Origin: Myxococcota bacterium
GTDB lineage: Bacteria > Myxococcota_A > Polyangia > Polyangiales > Sandaracinaceae
Direction of reading: 5' to 3'
Assembly: GCA_036149055.1 (NCBI GenBank)
Contig: JAYZQJ010000167.1
Location: 1-46,546, forward strand
DNA: 46,546 nucleotides
Position 1 is the stretch's first letter, and every line of letters starts with the position of its first letter. This document shows positions 1 to 8,786 of the stretch, one piece after another. Position numbers and translations under genes: made by a program. The notes beneath the pieces are model-generated. The model was not told the DNA's origin and did no database searches. It saw only the letters and a list, made by a program, of their open reading frames with translations.

Positions 1-71
1 CGCCCCCGCCGCCGCTGCCGCCCCCCCCTGCCGCTGCCGCTGCCGCCGCCGCTCCCGCCCCCGCACCGTAG
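1..71 (+). CDS. Possible 3' end of a gene entering from the left (Pro/Ala-rich tail)
   Basis: Frame starting at base 3 reads PPPPLPPPPAAAAAAAAPAPAP then TAG at 69-71. Low complexity, so it could equally be a non-coding GCC/GCT repeat. Confidence 0.25.
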   Translation, partial: PPPPLPPPPAAAAAAAAPAPAP

Positions 72-213
72 GCCGGGCGCGAGCTGATCTCTCCACGCCT
101 CCCCCCTCCCCACTCCCCCAAAAAAGCGGTGGCCAACCCGTGGTCGACCCGGCCGCCGCCGGCGAGCCACCGACCCCCGCCCCCTCTCTTCCTCCTCGCT
201 TCCGACCTTCCTC

Positions 214-412
214 CCTTCCTGCGAGTAGGGAGTGCCCGAGCCGACCTTCCTGCGAGTAGGAACCTGCGAGTAGGGAGTGCCCGAGCCGACCTTCCTGCGA
301 GTAGGAGTGCGAGAGCCGCCCTTCCTGCGAGTAGGGAGTGGCCGAGCCGCCCTTCCTGCGAGTAGGGAGTGCCCGAGCCGGCCTTCCTGCGAGTAGGGAG
401 TGCCCGAGCCGA
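214..412. repeat. Tandem array of a 31-bp unit CCTTCCTGCGAGTAGGGAGTGCCCGAGCCG(A/C/G), about 6.5 copies
   Basis: Copies at 214-244, 245-260 (partial), 263-289 (5'-truncated), 290-319 (variant), 320-350, 351-381, 382-412. No spacers. Each unit can form CTTCCTG-CGAG-TAGGGAG (G-T pairs allowed). Confidence 0.9.
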
Positions 413-425
413 AGAGCGACGAGGA

Positions 426-3400
426 TCAAGGGGAGGAATGGGCCCCGGAAGGAGCCCGGAGCCCGCAGCGCTCGCGCAGGACCTCGGCGTCGGGGCTCAC
501 CCAGAACCGGACGAGCCGCGCGATGATCGGGTGACGCAGGAGCGCCGTGCCTTCGAGCCCGGCCAGGTCTCTCTCGCTGCGGCGCAGGACCTCCACCGCC
601 GCCGCGAGGTCGTCGCAGACCAGGAGCGCGATGCGGTTGGCGCTCGTCATCATCGCCTCGACGTACTGCGCGAACTCGATGGCGCTCGCCGAGACGTAGG
701 CGCGCGCGACGTCGTCGAGCGCCTTCTTGCTCTTGCGAGGGAGGGCCTTGTAGAGGCGCTTGCCCACGTCGTCGAGGATGTCCTCGCTGGTCAGGCCTTG
801 CCCGAAGCCGGGGGCCACGCGCCGCGAGACGCTCGCGAGCACGATCTCGAGCTCGCGGGGCGTGAGCTTGTCGACCGCGTGCAGCCCGATCGCGATGTCG
901 CTCATCGCCCGGGCGAGCGCGAAGGTCGCGTGGGCTTCGCCGAGGTCCATCACCGCCGCCGGGGTCATGATGGAGGGCGGCTCGCCGAGCTCGACCTCGG
1001 TGCCGCGGCCCCGCGCGCGGTGCACATAGAGGTGGAACTCGCCGACCCCGAAGATGGCGGCGACGCGGTCGGCCAGCGCGCGCGTCGGCTCGCTCGAGCG
1101 GGGCCCGATCTTGTCGCGGCTCGACACCCCGAACGCGTCGTAGTCGGGCGGATAGAGCTTGCCGATCGCGGGCGTCAGGTGGCGGAGCAGGTCGGTCAGC
1201 CCCTGCGTGCGCGCCACCGGGTAGAAGGCGTCGAGGATGCTGCCGTCGAGGGCGTTCGGGTGCGCGCGCCCCGGGCGGTGGCGGTACTTCTCGACCTCCT
1301 GCCGCTCGCCCGGGCTCGCCTCGCCGAGCAAGACCAGCGGCATCAGCGCGCGTCGCGCCGCCTCGAGATCGCCGACCGCGTGCAGCGTCCGGGCGAGCTC
1401 GCGCCAGAGCCGGCCGTCCGCCGGGTACTCGCCGATCATCAGCCGCAGCTCGGCCGCGGACTCCTCGTGGGCGCCCGACAACCGCAGCGCGACCGCGAGC
1501 TGCACCCGCAGCTCGACGTCCGTCGGCTGCTCCTTCACCGCCTTCTCGAGCTCCTCGACCGCGCGCGAGGGTCGCGCCAGCTCGTCCCGGTAGATGCGCG
1601 CGATCTCGACCCGCGCGGCCCGGCGCCGCAGCGGATCGGCCGCCTCGCGGAGCCAGGCCCGAAGGCCGCCCGCGTGGTCCTGCCAGTCGCTCGGCTCGAC
1701 GGTGAGCTCGAGGTGGCGCGCCGCGCCGGGGCTCTCCGGTCCGCCGATCGCGAGCGCGGCGAGCGCGGTCTGCCGCGCCGCCTCCTCGTCGCCCTGCTGC
1801 TGAGCCAGCCTCGACAGCTCGACCAGCGCGGCCGCCTTGTCCGCGCCCGCGCTGCTGTCGGCCAGGCGCTGCAGCGTCTGCCGCGCCTTGTCCGGGTCGC
1901 CGGTGCGGGCGCTCAGGCGCGCGAGGCGGGCGAGGGCGGCGGGGTGGTTCTCCTCGAGGGAGAGCACCGCCTGGAGGCTCACCAGCGCGCGGCTCGGATC
2001 GTCGAGCCGCTCGTCCCAGATCTCCGCGAGCGAGAGGTGCGCGTCCCGCAGCGCGTCCCGGCTCGGCGCGAGCTGGATCACCTTGGCGAGCAGCTCCGCC
2101 GCCTCGGTCCACCGCCCCTGGCGTCCGTGCAGCGCCGCGAGCTGACGCAGCGCCGGGACGTGGTTGGGCGTCTCCTTGAGCACCCGGCCGAGCGCCGTCA
2201 CCGCGCCCGAGAGGTTGCTCGACAGCTCCGATTGCAGGCGCGCGACCTCCATCCAGAGGGCGGCCACCCGCTCGGGGCTCTTGGCGCTGCCCGCGGCGCG
2301 CGCCAGCCGGTCGGCGGCCCGCGGCGCCTGCTTGGCCTCCACCAGCAGCGCCACCACGCCGGCCGCCGCGTCGGCGTCGTCGGGCCAGAGCTCGAGCGCG
2401 CGCTCGGAGTCGGCGAGGGCGCCCTTCGCGTCTCCGATCTCGTCGCGCAGCGTGCGCGCCGCCTTCACCCAGAGCCGCGCGGCTCGCCGGGCGTCGGGGG
2501 TGACCCGCGCCTCGCGCCGCGCCGCGTCGACCACCACGCTGGGCTCGCCGCGCTTCTCGGCCACCCGCGAGAGTCCCTTCGCCGCGGCGACGTTCTCCGG
2601 ATCCGACTTCAGCGCGGCCCGGTAGGCGTCGAGCGCCGCCGGATCGCCGCCCGCCTCCAGGCTCTCCGCGAGCCGCGTCTGGTAGGCGCTGGCGACCTTC
2701 GCGTCGCCCGAGCGGAGGGCGAGCCGCTGATCGATCCGGGCGAGCAGCGCGCGGTCGTCCTTGGCCAGGGCGAGCCGCTCGAGCGCCTCGAGCGCGCCGG
2801 GGTCGTCGGGGGCCAGCTGGAGGATCGTCTCGTGGACCTGCCGGAGCTCGGAGGCGCGCGCCGGATCCTTCGCCGCCTCCTTCTCGACCAGCCGGGCCAG
2901 CTCGCGGAGGGCGGCCACGCGGGCGCCCGGATCGCCGAGCACGCGGGCCAGGGCTCCGTAGGTGCGCGCCAACGCGTCGTGCCGGGCGAGGCGTCGATAG
3001 AGCTGCTCGACCGCGAGGAGGGCCTCGAGGTGCTGGGGGGCGAGCTCGAGCGCGCGCTCGTAGCAGCCGACCGCGCGGCGCGGATCGTCGAGCGCCCGGG
3101 ACCACAGCTCCCCGGCCCGCACGAGCCGATCGACGGCGCGCCGCGGATCGCTCGCGTCGGCCGCCTCTTCTTCGAGCTGGTCGACGAGACGACGCCAGGC
3201 GCCTTGCATCGCGCGGAGCCGGGCGAGCGCCTCGAGCGAGGGCGGGTGCCCCGGCTTGGCGGCGAGCGCGGTCTCGTACGCCGCCGCCGCGCGGTCCGGC
3301 GCCTCGAGGTGCTGCTCGTGCACCTCGCCGAGGCGATAGGCCGCGCGGGCGCGGGCGGAGGGCTCGCTGAGCCCGTCGAGCTCGAGCTCGAGGATCCGGA

Positions 3401-5870
3401 CCAGCTCGGGCCAGTCGCGGCGCGCCGCCAGCCGCCGGGTGAGCGACGCGAGCGACGGGCGATGCCGCGCGTCGACGTCGAGCGCGCGCTTGTAGCACTC
3501 GATGGCGCGGACCTCGTCGCCGATGCGCTCCTCGCAGAGCGACCCCATCTTGTGCAGCAGCGCCGCCGCGCTCGCGCCCTTCGGCTCGAGCTCCAGCTCC
3601 TGCTCGTAGAGCTCCAGCAGGTCATCCCAGCGCCCTGTGCGGTGATAGATGCGGCCGAGCCCGGCGAGCGCGGGCGCGTAGCCGGGTTCGATCTCGAGCA
3701 CCTGGCGATAGCGCGCGATGGCCCCGTCCGCGTCGCCGAGCCGGGTGTCGCGGATCTCGGCGGCCCCCTGGAGGAGATCGACGACCCGCGCGTCCTCGGT
3801 GCGGAGCTCCGCCTCGCGCTCGAGGGCCCGCGCGAGCTCCTCGAAGCGACCGGCCCGCTCGGTCGCCCGCTGCAGCGCGTGCAGCGCGCCGAGGTGCGCC
3901 TCGTCGAGCCCCAGGATCCGCTCGTAGGCGTGGGCGGCCTGCGCGTGCTCCGAGAGGTGGTCCTCGTAGATCGCGCCGATCTTGAAGAGGTAGGTGATCG
4001 CGGGCTCGCGCTCGCTCGCCTGCTCGACCGCCCGCTCGTAGAGCTCGATGAGCGGCCGGTGCTTGCCGGCGTCGGCGTAGAGGCGGGTCAGCGCCTTGAA
4101 GCTCGGCGCGTAGCCCGGCTGCAGGCTCAGCGCGCGGGCGTGGTGCGCCATCGCGTCGTCCAGCGACTCGCCCGTCCGCTCCAGCACCTCGGCGACCCGC
4201 GCGTGGGCGGCGGCGCGCCGCTTGGCGTCCTTGGCCTCCTCGGCCTCGGCGAGGTGCATGGCCACCAGCGCGTCCCACGCCTGGGCCTGCTCGTAGATCC
4301 GCCCGAGCGCCTGCAGCGTGGGCACGTGCGTCGGATCGATGCCGAGCGCGCGCTCGTAGGCCTCGCGCGCCTGCGCGGGGCGCTGCAGCCGCTCGTCGAG
4401 GAGGTTGCCGATGCGATGCCAGAGCGCGAGCTGCTCCTGCCCCTCGGCGGTCACCGTGGCGAGCCGACCGAGCACCTCGACCAGCCGCGCCCAGGCCTCG
4501 CTGCGCTCCAGCAGGCTCGCGAGCTCCTCCAGCACGAGCGGGTCGTCGGGGCGCTCGCGGGTGGCGCGCTCGAGCGCGTCGAGGGCCTCGTCCCGGTTCC
4601 CGAGCCGCTCGGCGTGGAGCCGGCCGACCCGGTAGAGGGCGAGCGCCCGCTCGGCCGGATCCTCGGACTGCGCCGCGCGCCGCTCGAGCACCCGGATCAG
4701 GTCGCGCCAGCGCTTCTGCAGATGACAGAGCCGCTCGAGGGCCGCGTTCGCGCCCGACGCGTGCGGATCGAGGCGCAGAGCGGTCTCGTAGAGCTCGATC
4801 GCCGCGTCCACGCGCTTCTCGCGGTGCTCGAGCACCCGGGCGCGCTCGACGATGAGCGCCGCGCGATGCCGCGCGTCCTTCGCGACCGCGTTGGCCTTGC
4901 GCTCGAGCGTCCGCTCCAGCGCGCTCCACGACGCCTCCGCCCGGTCGCGCTGCTCGAGCGCCTCGACGATCGCCACGTCCGCGCGGTCCAGCTCGGCCGC
5001 GGTCCGATACGCCTGCTTCGCCTTCTCTTCGTCGCCCAGCGCGTCCTCGAGCACCCGGCCCTTGGCGTAGAGCAGCGAGGCCTTCTTCTTGGAGTCGGCG
5101 GTGAGGCGGGCCTCCTGATCGAAGAAGGGGAGGGCGTCGCGCCAGCGCTTCTGGGCGAGCGCCACGCGCCGCGCGCCCCGCAGGCTCGGCAGGTGATCCT
5201 TCTGCGCGTCGAGCGCCCGGCCGTAGAAGTCGCGGGCGCGGTCGAGGGCGCCGTCCCCCGCGAGCGGGCCCTCGTGCAGCCGCCCGAGCTCGTGCGCGAG
5301 GCGGGCCCGGCGGCCGCGGTCCTTCGTCTCGTCGAGCTCGCGCGCCCAGTCCTCGGCCAGGCCCTCGAGCGACTCCCGGAGCGGCTTGCTGCCGATGTTC
5401 TCGAGCACGAGCGTCTGCTCGTCGCTGTCGGGCTCGAGCGGGGGAGCCGGCATCCCGTGCGCGGTCGTGATGTGCTGCCGGCCCGGCGGCGGGCCGCCCG
5501 CGCGGCCGAGGCCCTTGATCTTGGGGCGCAGCGGCGGGGGCGCGCTCGGCGGGCGTGACGGGGAGGGGGCGCGAGGCGGCGCGCTGCGGGGAGGAGGTGG
5601 CGCGCTGCGGGGAGGAGGCGGCGCGCTGCGGGGAGGAGGCGGCGCGGTGATCGAGCGCGTGGGGGGCCGGCTCGGGCTTCGCGGGGGGAGCGGCGGCGGG
5701 AGGCTCGACTTCGGTCTCGGCGGCGGAGGCGGAGCGACCCGCTCGTCGGCGACCTGGTCCTCGAGCTCGCCGAGCACCGCGTCGAGGGTCGACTCGCGGC
5801 GGCTGCGGGGCTCCGCGTCCTTCAGCTCCCCGACCTCGACCTCCATGGTCGGCTCACGCTCGTCACCCAT
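426..5870 (-). CDS. Very large tetratricopeptide-repeat protein (myxobacterial AgmK-like class), 1814 aa
   Basis: Dozens of TPR-like units (e.g. AREAYERALGIDPTHVPTLQALGRIY, AIECYKRALDVDARHRPSL); Pro-rich N-terminal linker. Start could be 5846 (MEVEV). Confidence 0.85.
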   Translation of the reverse strand: MGDEREPTMEVEVGELKDAEPRSRRESTLDAVLGELEDQVADERVAPPPPPRPKSSLPPPLPPRSPSRPPTRSITAPPPPRSAPPPPRSAPPPPRSAPPRAPSPSRPPSAPPPLRPKIKGLGRAGGPPPGRQHITTAHGMPAPPLEPDSDEQTLVLENIGSKPLRESLEGLAEDWARELDETKDRGRRARLAHELGRLHEGPLAGDGALDRARDFYGRALDAQKDHLPSLRGARRVALAQKRWRDALPFFDQEARLTADSKKKASLLYAKGRVLEDALGDEEKAKQAYRTAAELDRADVAIVEALEQRDRAEASWSALERTLERKANAVAKDARHRAALIVERARVLEHREKRVDAAIELYETALRLDPHASGANAALERLCHLQKRWRDLIRVLERRAAQSEDPAERALALYRVGRLHAERLGNRDEALDALERATRERPDDPLVLEELASLLERSEAWARLVEVLGRLATVTAEGQEQLALWHRIGNLLDERLQRPAQAREAYERALGIDPTHVPTLQALGRIYEQAQAWDALVAMHLAEAEEAKDAKRRAAAHARVAEVLERTGESLDDAMAHHARALSLQPGYAPSFKALTRLYADAGKHRPLIELYERAVEQASEREPAITYLFKIGAIYEDHLSEHAQAAHAYERILGLDEAHLGALHALQRATERAGRFEELARALEREAELRTEDARVVDLLQGAAEIRDTRLGDADGAIARYRQVLEIEPGYAPALAGLGRIYHRTGRWDDLLELYEQELELEPKGASAAALLHKMGSLCEERIGDEVRAIECYKRALDVDARHRPSLASLTRRLAARRDWPELVRILELELDGLSEPSARARAAYRLGEVHEQHLEAPDRAAAAYETALAAKPGHPPSLEALARLRAMQGAWRRLVDQLEEEAADASDPRRAVDRLVRAGELWSRALDDPRRAVGCYERALELAPQHLEALLAVEQLYRRLARHDALARTYGALARVLGDPGARVAALRELARLVEKEAAKDPARASELRQVHETILQLAPDDPGALEALERLALAKDDRALLARIDQRLALRSGDAKVASAYQTRLAESLEAGGDPAALDAYRAALKSDPENVAAAKGLSRVAEKRGEPSVVVDAARREARVTPDARRAARLWVKAARTLRDEIGDAKGALADSERALELWPDDADAAAGVVALLVEAKQAPRAADRLARAAGSAKSPERVAALWMEVARLQSELSSNLSGAVTALGRVLKETPNHVPALRQLAALHGRQGRWTEAAELLAKVIQLAPSRDALRDAHLSLAEIWDERLDDPSRALVSLQAVLSLEENHPAALARLARLSARTGDPDKARQTLQRLADSSAGADKAAALVELSRLAQQQGDEEAARQTALAALAIGGPESPGAARHLELTVEPSDWQDHAGGLRAWLREAADPLRRRAARVEIARIYRDELARPSRAVEELEKAVKEQPTDVELRVQLAVALRLSGAHEESAAELRLMIGEYPADGRLWRELARTLHAVGDLEAARRALMPLVLLGEASPGERQEVEKYRHRPGRAHPNALDGSILDAFYPVARTQGLTDLLRHLTPAIGKLYPPDYDAFGVSSRDKIGPRSSEPTRALADRVAAIFGVGEFHLYVHRARGRGTEVELGEPPSIMTPAAVMDLGEAHATFALARAMSDIAIGLHAVDKLTPRELEIVLASVSRRVAPGFGQGLTSEDILDDVGKRLYKALPRKSKKALDDVARAYVSASAIEFAQYVEAMMTSANRIALLVCDDLAAAVEVLRRSERDLAGLEGTALLRHPIIARLVRFWVSPDAEVLRERCGLRAPSGAHSSP
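5581..5643 (-). repeat. Three 21-bp coding repeats (PPPPRSA) in the N-terminal linker of the TPR protein
   Basis: GCGCTGCGGGGAGGAGG(C/T)GGC at 5581, 5602 and 5623. Confidence 0.8.
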
Positions 5871-5908
5871 CGGGAGCGGCGAGGGTAGCCGATCGAGACG
5901 CCCGCGGG

Positions 5909-7057
5909 CTACAGCGCGCGGCGGCGGACGCGGCGCTGCTGCTGGAGCCAGCGGCGGCGCGAGCGCTCCCAGCGACGCTGCGCCCTACGCCACGCCCGGC
6001 TGGGCGGCCCGGTGTAGGGGGGCGGCGGCGCGTAGTAGCCGCCCACCGGGGGCACGATCGTGATGACCGTCCCACCTCGCGGCGGCGGCTGCACGTAGGG
6101 CTGGGGCTGCGGGTAGTACGGGGTCGCGTACGGAGCAGCGGGCCGCGGCGCGGGCTGCGCCTGGGCCTGACCGCGTGGGTGCGCCGGGAAGCCGGGCGGC
6201 GGCCCCTGCACGCTGCGATCGACCTGGAGCTGCTGCCCCGGCTGCGCGCCGGGCGGCATCGGATAGTACCACCAGCGGCCCGAGCCGTAGACCCAGTAGG
6301 CGGCGACGCGGCCGGCGCGCCGCTCGATCACCACCGTGCCCCCGCTGCCCGCCTGGGCCGCGTAGGTCGCCTGCGGCTGCGGCGCCTGCGGCGCGGCCGG
6401 GGCCTGCGGGGCCTGCGGCGCCCGAGCCTGAGGCGCAGTGGTCTGGGGCGCAGTGAGCTGAGGAGCGAAGACCGGCGCCGGCGCGGCCGGGGGCGGCGCC
6501 TGGAGCACCTCCGGCTGCGACTCCTCGACCGAGGGCGCGGGCATCGCCGGCACCACCTCCGCCGGGGGCGCCTCGGGCGGCGCGGCCTCCGGCTGCGGGA
6601 GCGCCGCGAACACCTGGGTCACGTAGACGCCGTGGTCCGAGCGCAGCGCGGCGATGCCGACGTGGGTGTGGCTCGGGCCCATCATGTTGGCGCGATGCGC
6701 GTCGCTCGCGAGCAGCGCCTGGTGCGCCTCCTCCGCCGTGCGGTGCAGCGCCACGTTCTCGGCGATCGTCTGGGCCTCGACGCCGGCCGCGCTCACGCGG
6801 TCGGCGGGCGTTCCACTCGACTCCGACACGTGGGTGAGCTGACGCTGCGCGGCCATGTCCACGCAGTGGGCGCGGGCGGCGGCGTCCAGCGCCTGCTCGC
6901 GGTCGAGCGGCGCCAGGCCGTCGGCGGCGCGCATCGCGTTGATCCGCGCGAGCATCGACTGCTCGCCGGACGTGTCGAAGTCCTGCGCCGCGGCGCCGAG
7001 GGGCAGCGCGAGCAGGGCGACGAGGGAGAGGAGCAGGGATGAGGTGAGGCGGGGCAT
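5909..7057 (-). CDS. Secreted CAP (SCP/PR-1) domain protein with Pro/Gln-rich C-terminal region
   Basis: Signal peptide MPRLTSSLLLSLVALLALPLGAAA; CAP motifs INAMRAADGLAPL, AARAHCVDMA, AENVA, SDAHRANMM, HVGIA, VTQVF. ATG at 7057 chosen over the longer ORF, which overlaps ygfZ. Confidence 0.85.
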   Translation of the reverse strand: MPRLTSSLLLSLVALLALPLGAAAQDFDTSGEQSMLARINAMRAADGLAPLDREQALDAAARAHCVDMAAQRQLTHVSESSGTPADRVSAAGVEAQTIAENVALHRTAEEAHQALLASDAHRANMMGPSHTHVGIAALRSDHGVYVTQVFAALPQPEAAPPEAPPAEVVPAMPAPSVEESQPEVLQAPPPAAPAPVFAPQLTAPQTTAPQARAPQAPQAPAAPQAPQPQATYAAQAGSGGTVVIERRAGRVAAYWVYGSGRWWYYPMPPGAQPGQQLQVDRSVQGPPPGFPAHPRGQAQAQPAPRPAAPYATPYYPQPQPYVQPPPRGGTVITIVPPVGGYYAPPPPYTGPPSRAWRRAQRRWERSRRRWLQQQRRVRRRAL

Positions 7058-7089
7058 CGGTCCCTTGGTCAGAGGCGCACCCGCAACGT

Positions 7090-7105
7090 AGCAACGCCCG
7101 AGCCA
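7090..7105 (-). promoter_or_regulatory. Candidate sigma54 (-24/-12) promoter for the CAP gene
   Basis: Minus strand TGGCTC-GGGCG-TTGCT matches TGGCAC-N5-TTGC(A/T) with exact spacing, about 33 bp upstream of the ATG. Confidence 0.6.
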
Positions 7106-7220
7106 GCTGCCCGCGGCTGGGCGCGGGTGGTCGATCGCGACGATCTGAGAACCGTGGTTCACGTGCGCGCGCGCCCGCTGCCGCTTGCCGGTGGGCGATC
7201 GGGCCTCCATAGCTGGCGGG

Positions 7221-8081
7221 ATGCGACTGGAAGAGACGGTGGGGGTGCGCGCCCTCGACGAGCTGACCGGGATCCTCGTGACCGGGTCCGAGGCCAAGTC
7301 GTGGCTCAACGGCCAGGTGACCCAGCAGCTGGCCCTCCTGAAGCGGGGTGAAGCGGCCTACGGGCTCGCGGTGGACGTGCACGGGAAGATCCTCGCCGAT
7401 CTCTGGGTGCTGGATCGGGGCGACGACCTGCTGGTGCTGGTCCCCGCCGCGGCCCGCGAGGGCCTCCTGAAGCACTTCGACAAGTACATCGTGATGGAGG
7501 ACGTCGATCTCGAGCCGCACGACGTCGCGGTGCTGACCGCGCAGGGGCCGGAGGCGGCGGGGATCGCCGACGGGTTCCCCTGCGATCGGCTCGGCCGGGG
7601 CGGGGTCGACGTCGTGGTGCCGCCCGCCGAGAGGGACGCGGCGCTGGCCGGGCTCGTGGCCGCGGCGGAGGCCCGAGGCGGCGGCGAGGTCACCGAGGAC
7701 GAGTGGGAGCGGGCTCGGATCCGGGCCGGTCGCCCTCGGTTCGGCGTGGACTTCGGCGACAGCCACCGGCCTCAGGAGGCGGGGCTGCGCGACCTCGCGG
7801 TCTCGTTCCAGAAGGGCTGTTACCTCGGGCAGGAGGTGGTCTGCATGCTCGACACCCGGGGCAAGCTCCGCCGCCGCCTGATGCGCCTGCGCGCCGAGAC
7901 CCTCGAGGTCGGGGCGCCGCTCGAGGTCGAAGGCGCCAAGGTGGGCGAGGTCACCTCCGCCGTCGCGGACGACGGGGTGGTGATCGGCCTCGGCTACGTG
8001 AAGCGGGCCCACGCCGAGCCCGGCGTGCGCCTCGAGTCTCCGGCGGGCGCGGTCGAGGTCGCGGGGCCGGCCGGCGCGTGA
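7221..8081 (+). CDS. ygfZ: YgfZ/GcvT-family folate-binding Fe-S cluster repair protein
   Basis: Signature KGCYLGQE; GcvT-like N-terminus (VTGSEAKSWLNGQVT). ATG at 7221. Confidence 0.9.
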   Translation: MRLEETVGVRALDELTGILVTGSEAKSWLNGQVTQQLALLKRGEAAYGLAVDVHGKILADLWVLDRGDDLLVLVPAAAREGLLKHFDKYIVMEDVDLEPHDVAVLTAQGPEAAGIADGFPCDRLGRGGVDVVVPPAERDAALAGLVAAAEARGGGEVTEDEWERARIRAGRPRFGVDFGDSHRPQEAGLRDLAVSFQKGCYLGQEVVCMLDTRGKLRRRLMRLRAETLEVGAPLEVEGAKVGEVTSAVADDGVVIGLGYVKRAHAEPGVRLESPAGAVEVAGPAGA

Positions 8082-8153
8082 CCGTGATGCCCGACCCTGG
8101 TCATCGCCGGGGTGGAGCCTTATAGTCTTGGCGATCTCCCAGCAGAGGAAGCG

Positions 8154-8477
8154 ATGATTGATCTGACCAGCAAAGCTAGCGAGAAGGTGAAGGAAATCCG
8201 CGAAGCGGAGGGCCTCGGAGAGCAGGGCCTGCGCGTCCGGGTCATCGGCGGCGGCTGCTCGGGCTTCACCTACGATCTCTTCTTCGAGGACGAGACCACC
8301 GACCTCGACCAGAAGTTCGAGTCCGACGGGATCCCCCTGTACGTGGACATGATGAGCCTCCAGTACCTGGACGGGACCACCATCGACTACGTCGAGGGCC
8401 TGCACGGCGCGGGCTTCAAGTTCCTGAACCCGTCCGCCAAGTCGACCTGCGGCTGCGGCTCGTCCTTCAGCGCCTGA
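8154..8477 (+). CDS. erpA: A-type Fe-S cluster carrier (ErpA/IscA/HesB)
   Basis: GGGCSGFTY and NPSAKSTCGCGSSF motifs; GAGGAA Shine-Dalgarno before ATG 8154. Confidence 0.9.
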   Translation: MIDLTSKASEKVKEIREAEGLGEQGLRVRVIGGGCSGFTYDLFFEDETTDLDQKFESDGIPLYVDMMSLQYLDGTTIDYVEGLHGAGFKFLNPSAKSTCGCGSSFSA

Positions 8478-8501
8478 CCCCACCGTTCGGGGACACTGAC
8501 G

Positions 8502-8534
8502 AAGCCTCCGGCCCTCGGGCCGGGGGCTTTTTTC
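8502..8534 (+). terminator. Rho-independent terminator after erpA
   Basis: AAGCCTCCGGCCC/GGGCCGGGGGCTT stem followed by a T-tract. Confidence 0.85.
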
Positions 8535-8702
8535 GTGTTTTTCGGGGCTTCGAGGGGACCAATCTAACGTTACGAAAGGTCCCATCGTGGTTTTGCGTTG
8601 GTCTGCAACGCTTCTGCGAAGAACCTTCACAGTACTTCACTGTCACGGCGGCTCCTCGTGCGTAACGTACACCGCGAGCCCGACGTACCTCCCCCTGACC
8701 GC

Positions 8703-8736
8703 TTGACGAAAACCTAACGTAACGTTACGTAAGGTT
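8703..8736 (+). promoter_or_regulatory. -35-like TTGACG followed by a 26-bp dyad (putative operator) upstream of the RpoH-like gene
   Basis: TTGACG at 8703-8708; AACCTAACGTAACGTTACGTAAGGTT at 8711-8736 is palindromic except for one pair. Confidence 0.6.
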
Positions 8737-8786
8737 CAGGCGGCTGGGACCAGAGGAAGGGCCCAGACCCCCGAGAGGAGAAAGTC

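Noticed and set aside
214..412. Possible CRISPR array (31-bp repeats with hairpin)
   Set aside because: Repeats are contiguous with no unique spacers, and there are no cas genes in the window.
129..526. Small ORFs 129-365 and 338-526
   Set aside because: They merely translate the tandem repeat; no independent coding evidence.
369..5558. 1729-aa plus-strand ORF and other long ORFs such as 5985-8630, 14386-16773, 17155-19740, 21810-25499, 38040-42527, 38932-42366 and 42524-45850
   Set aside because: Antisense or alternate-frame shadows of recognisable genes; expected in very GC-rich DNA with few stop codons; no motifs.
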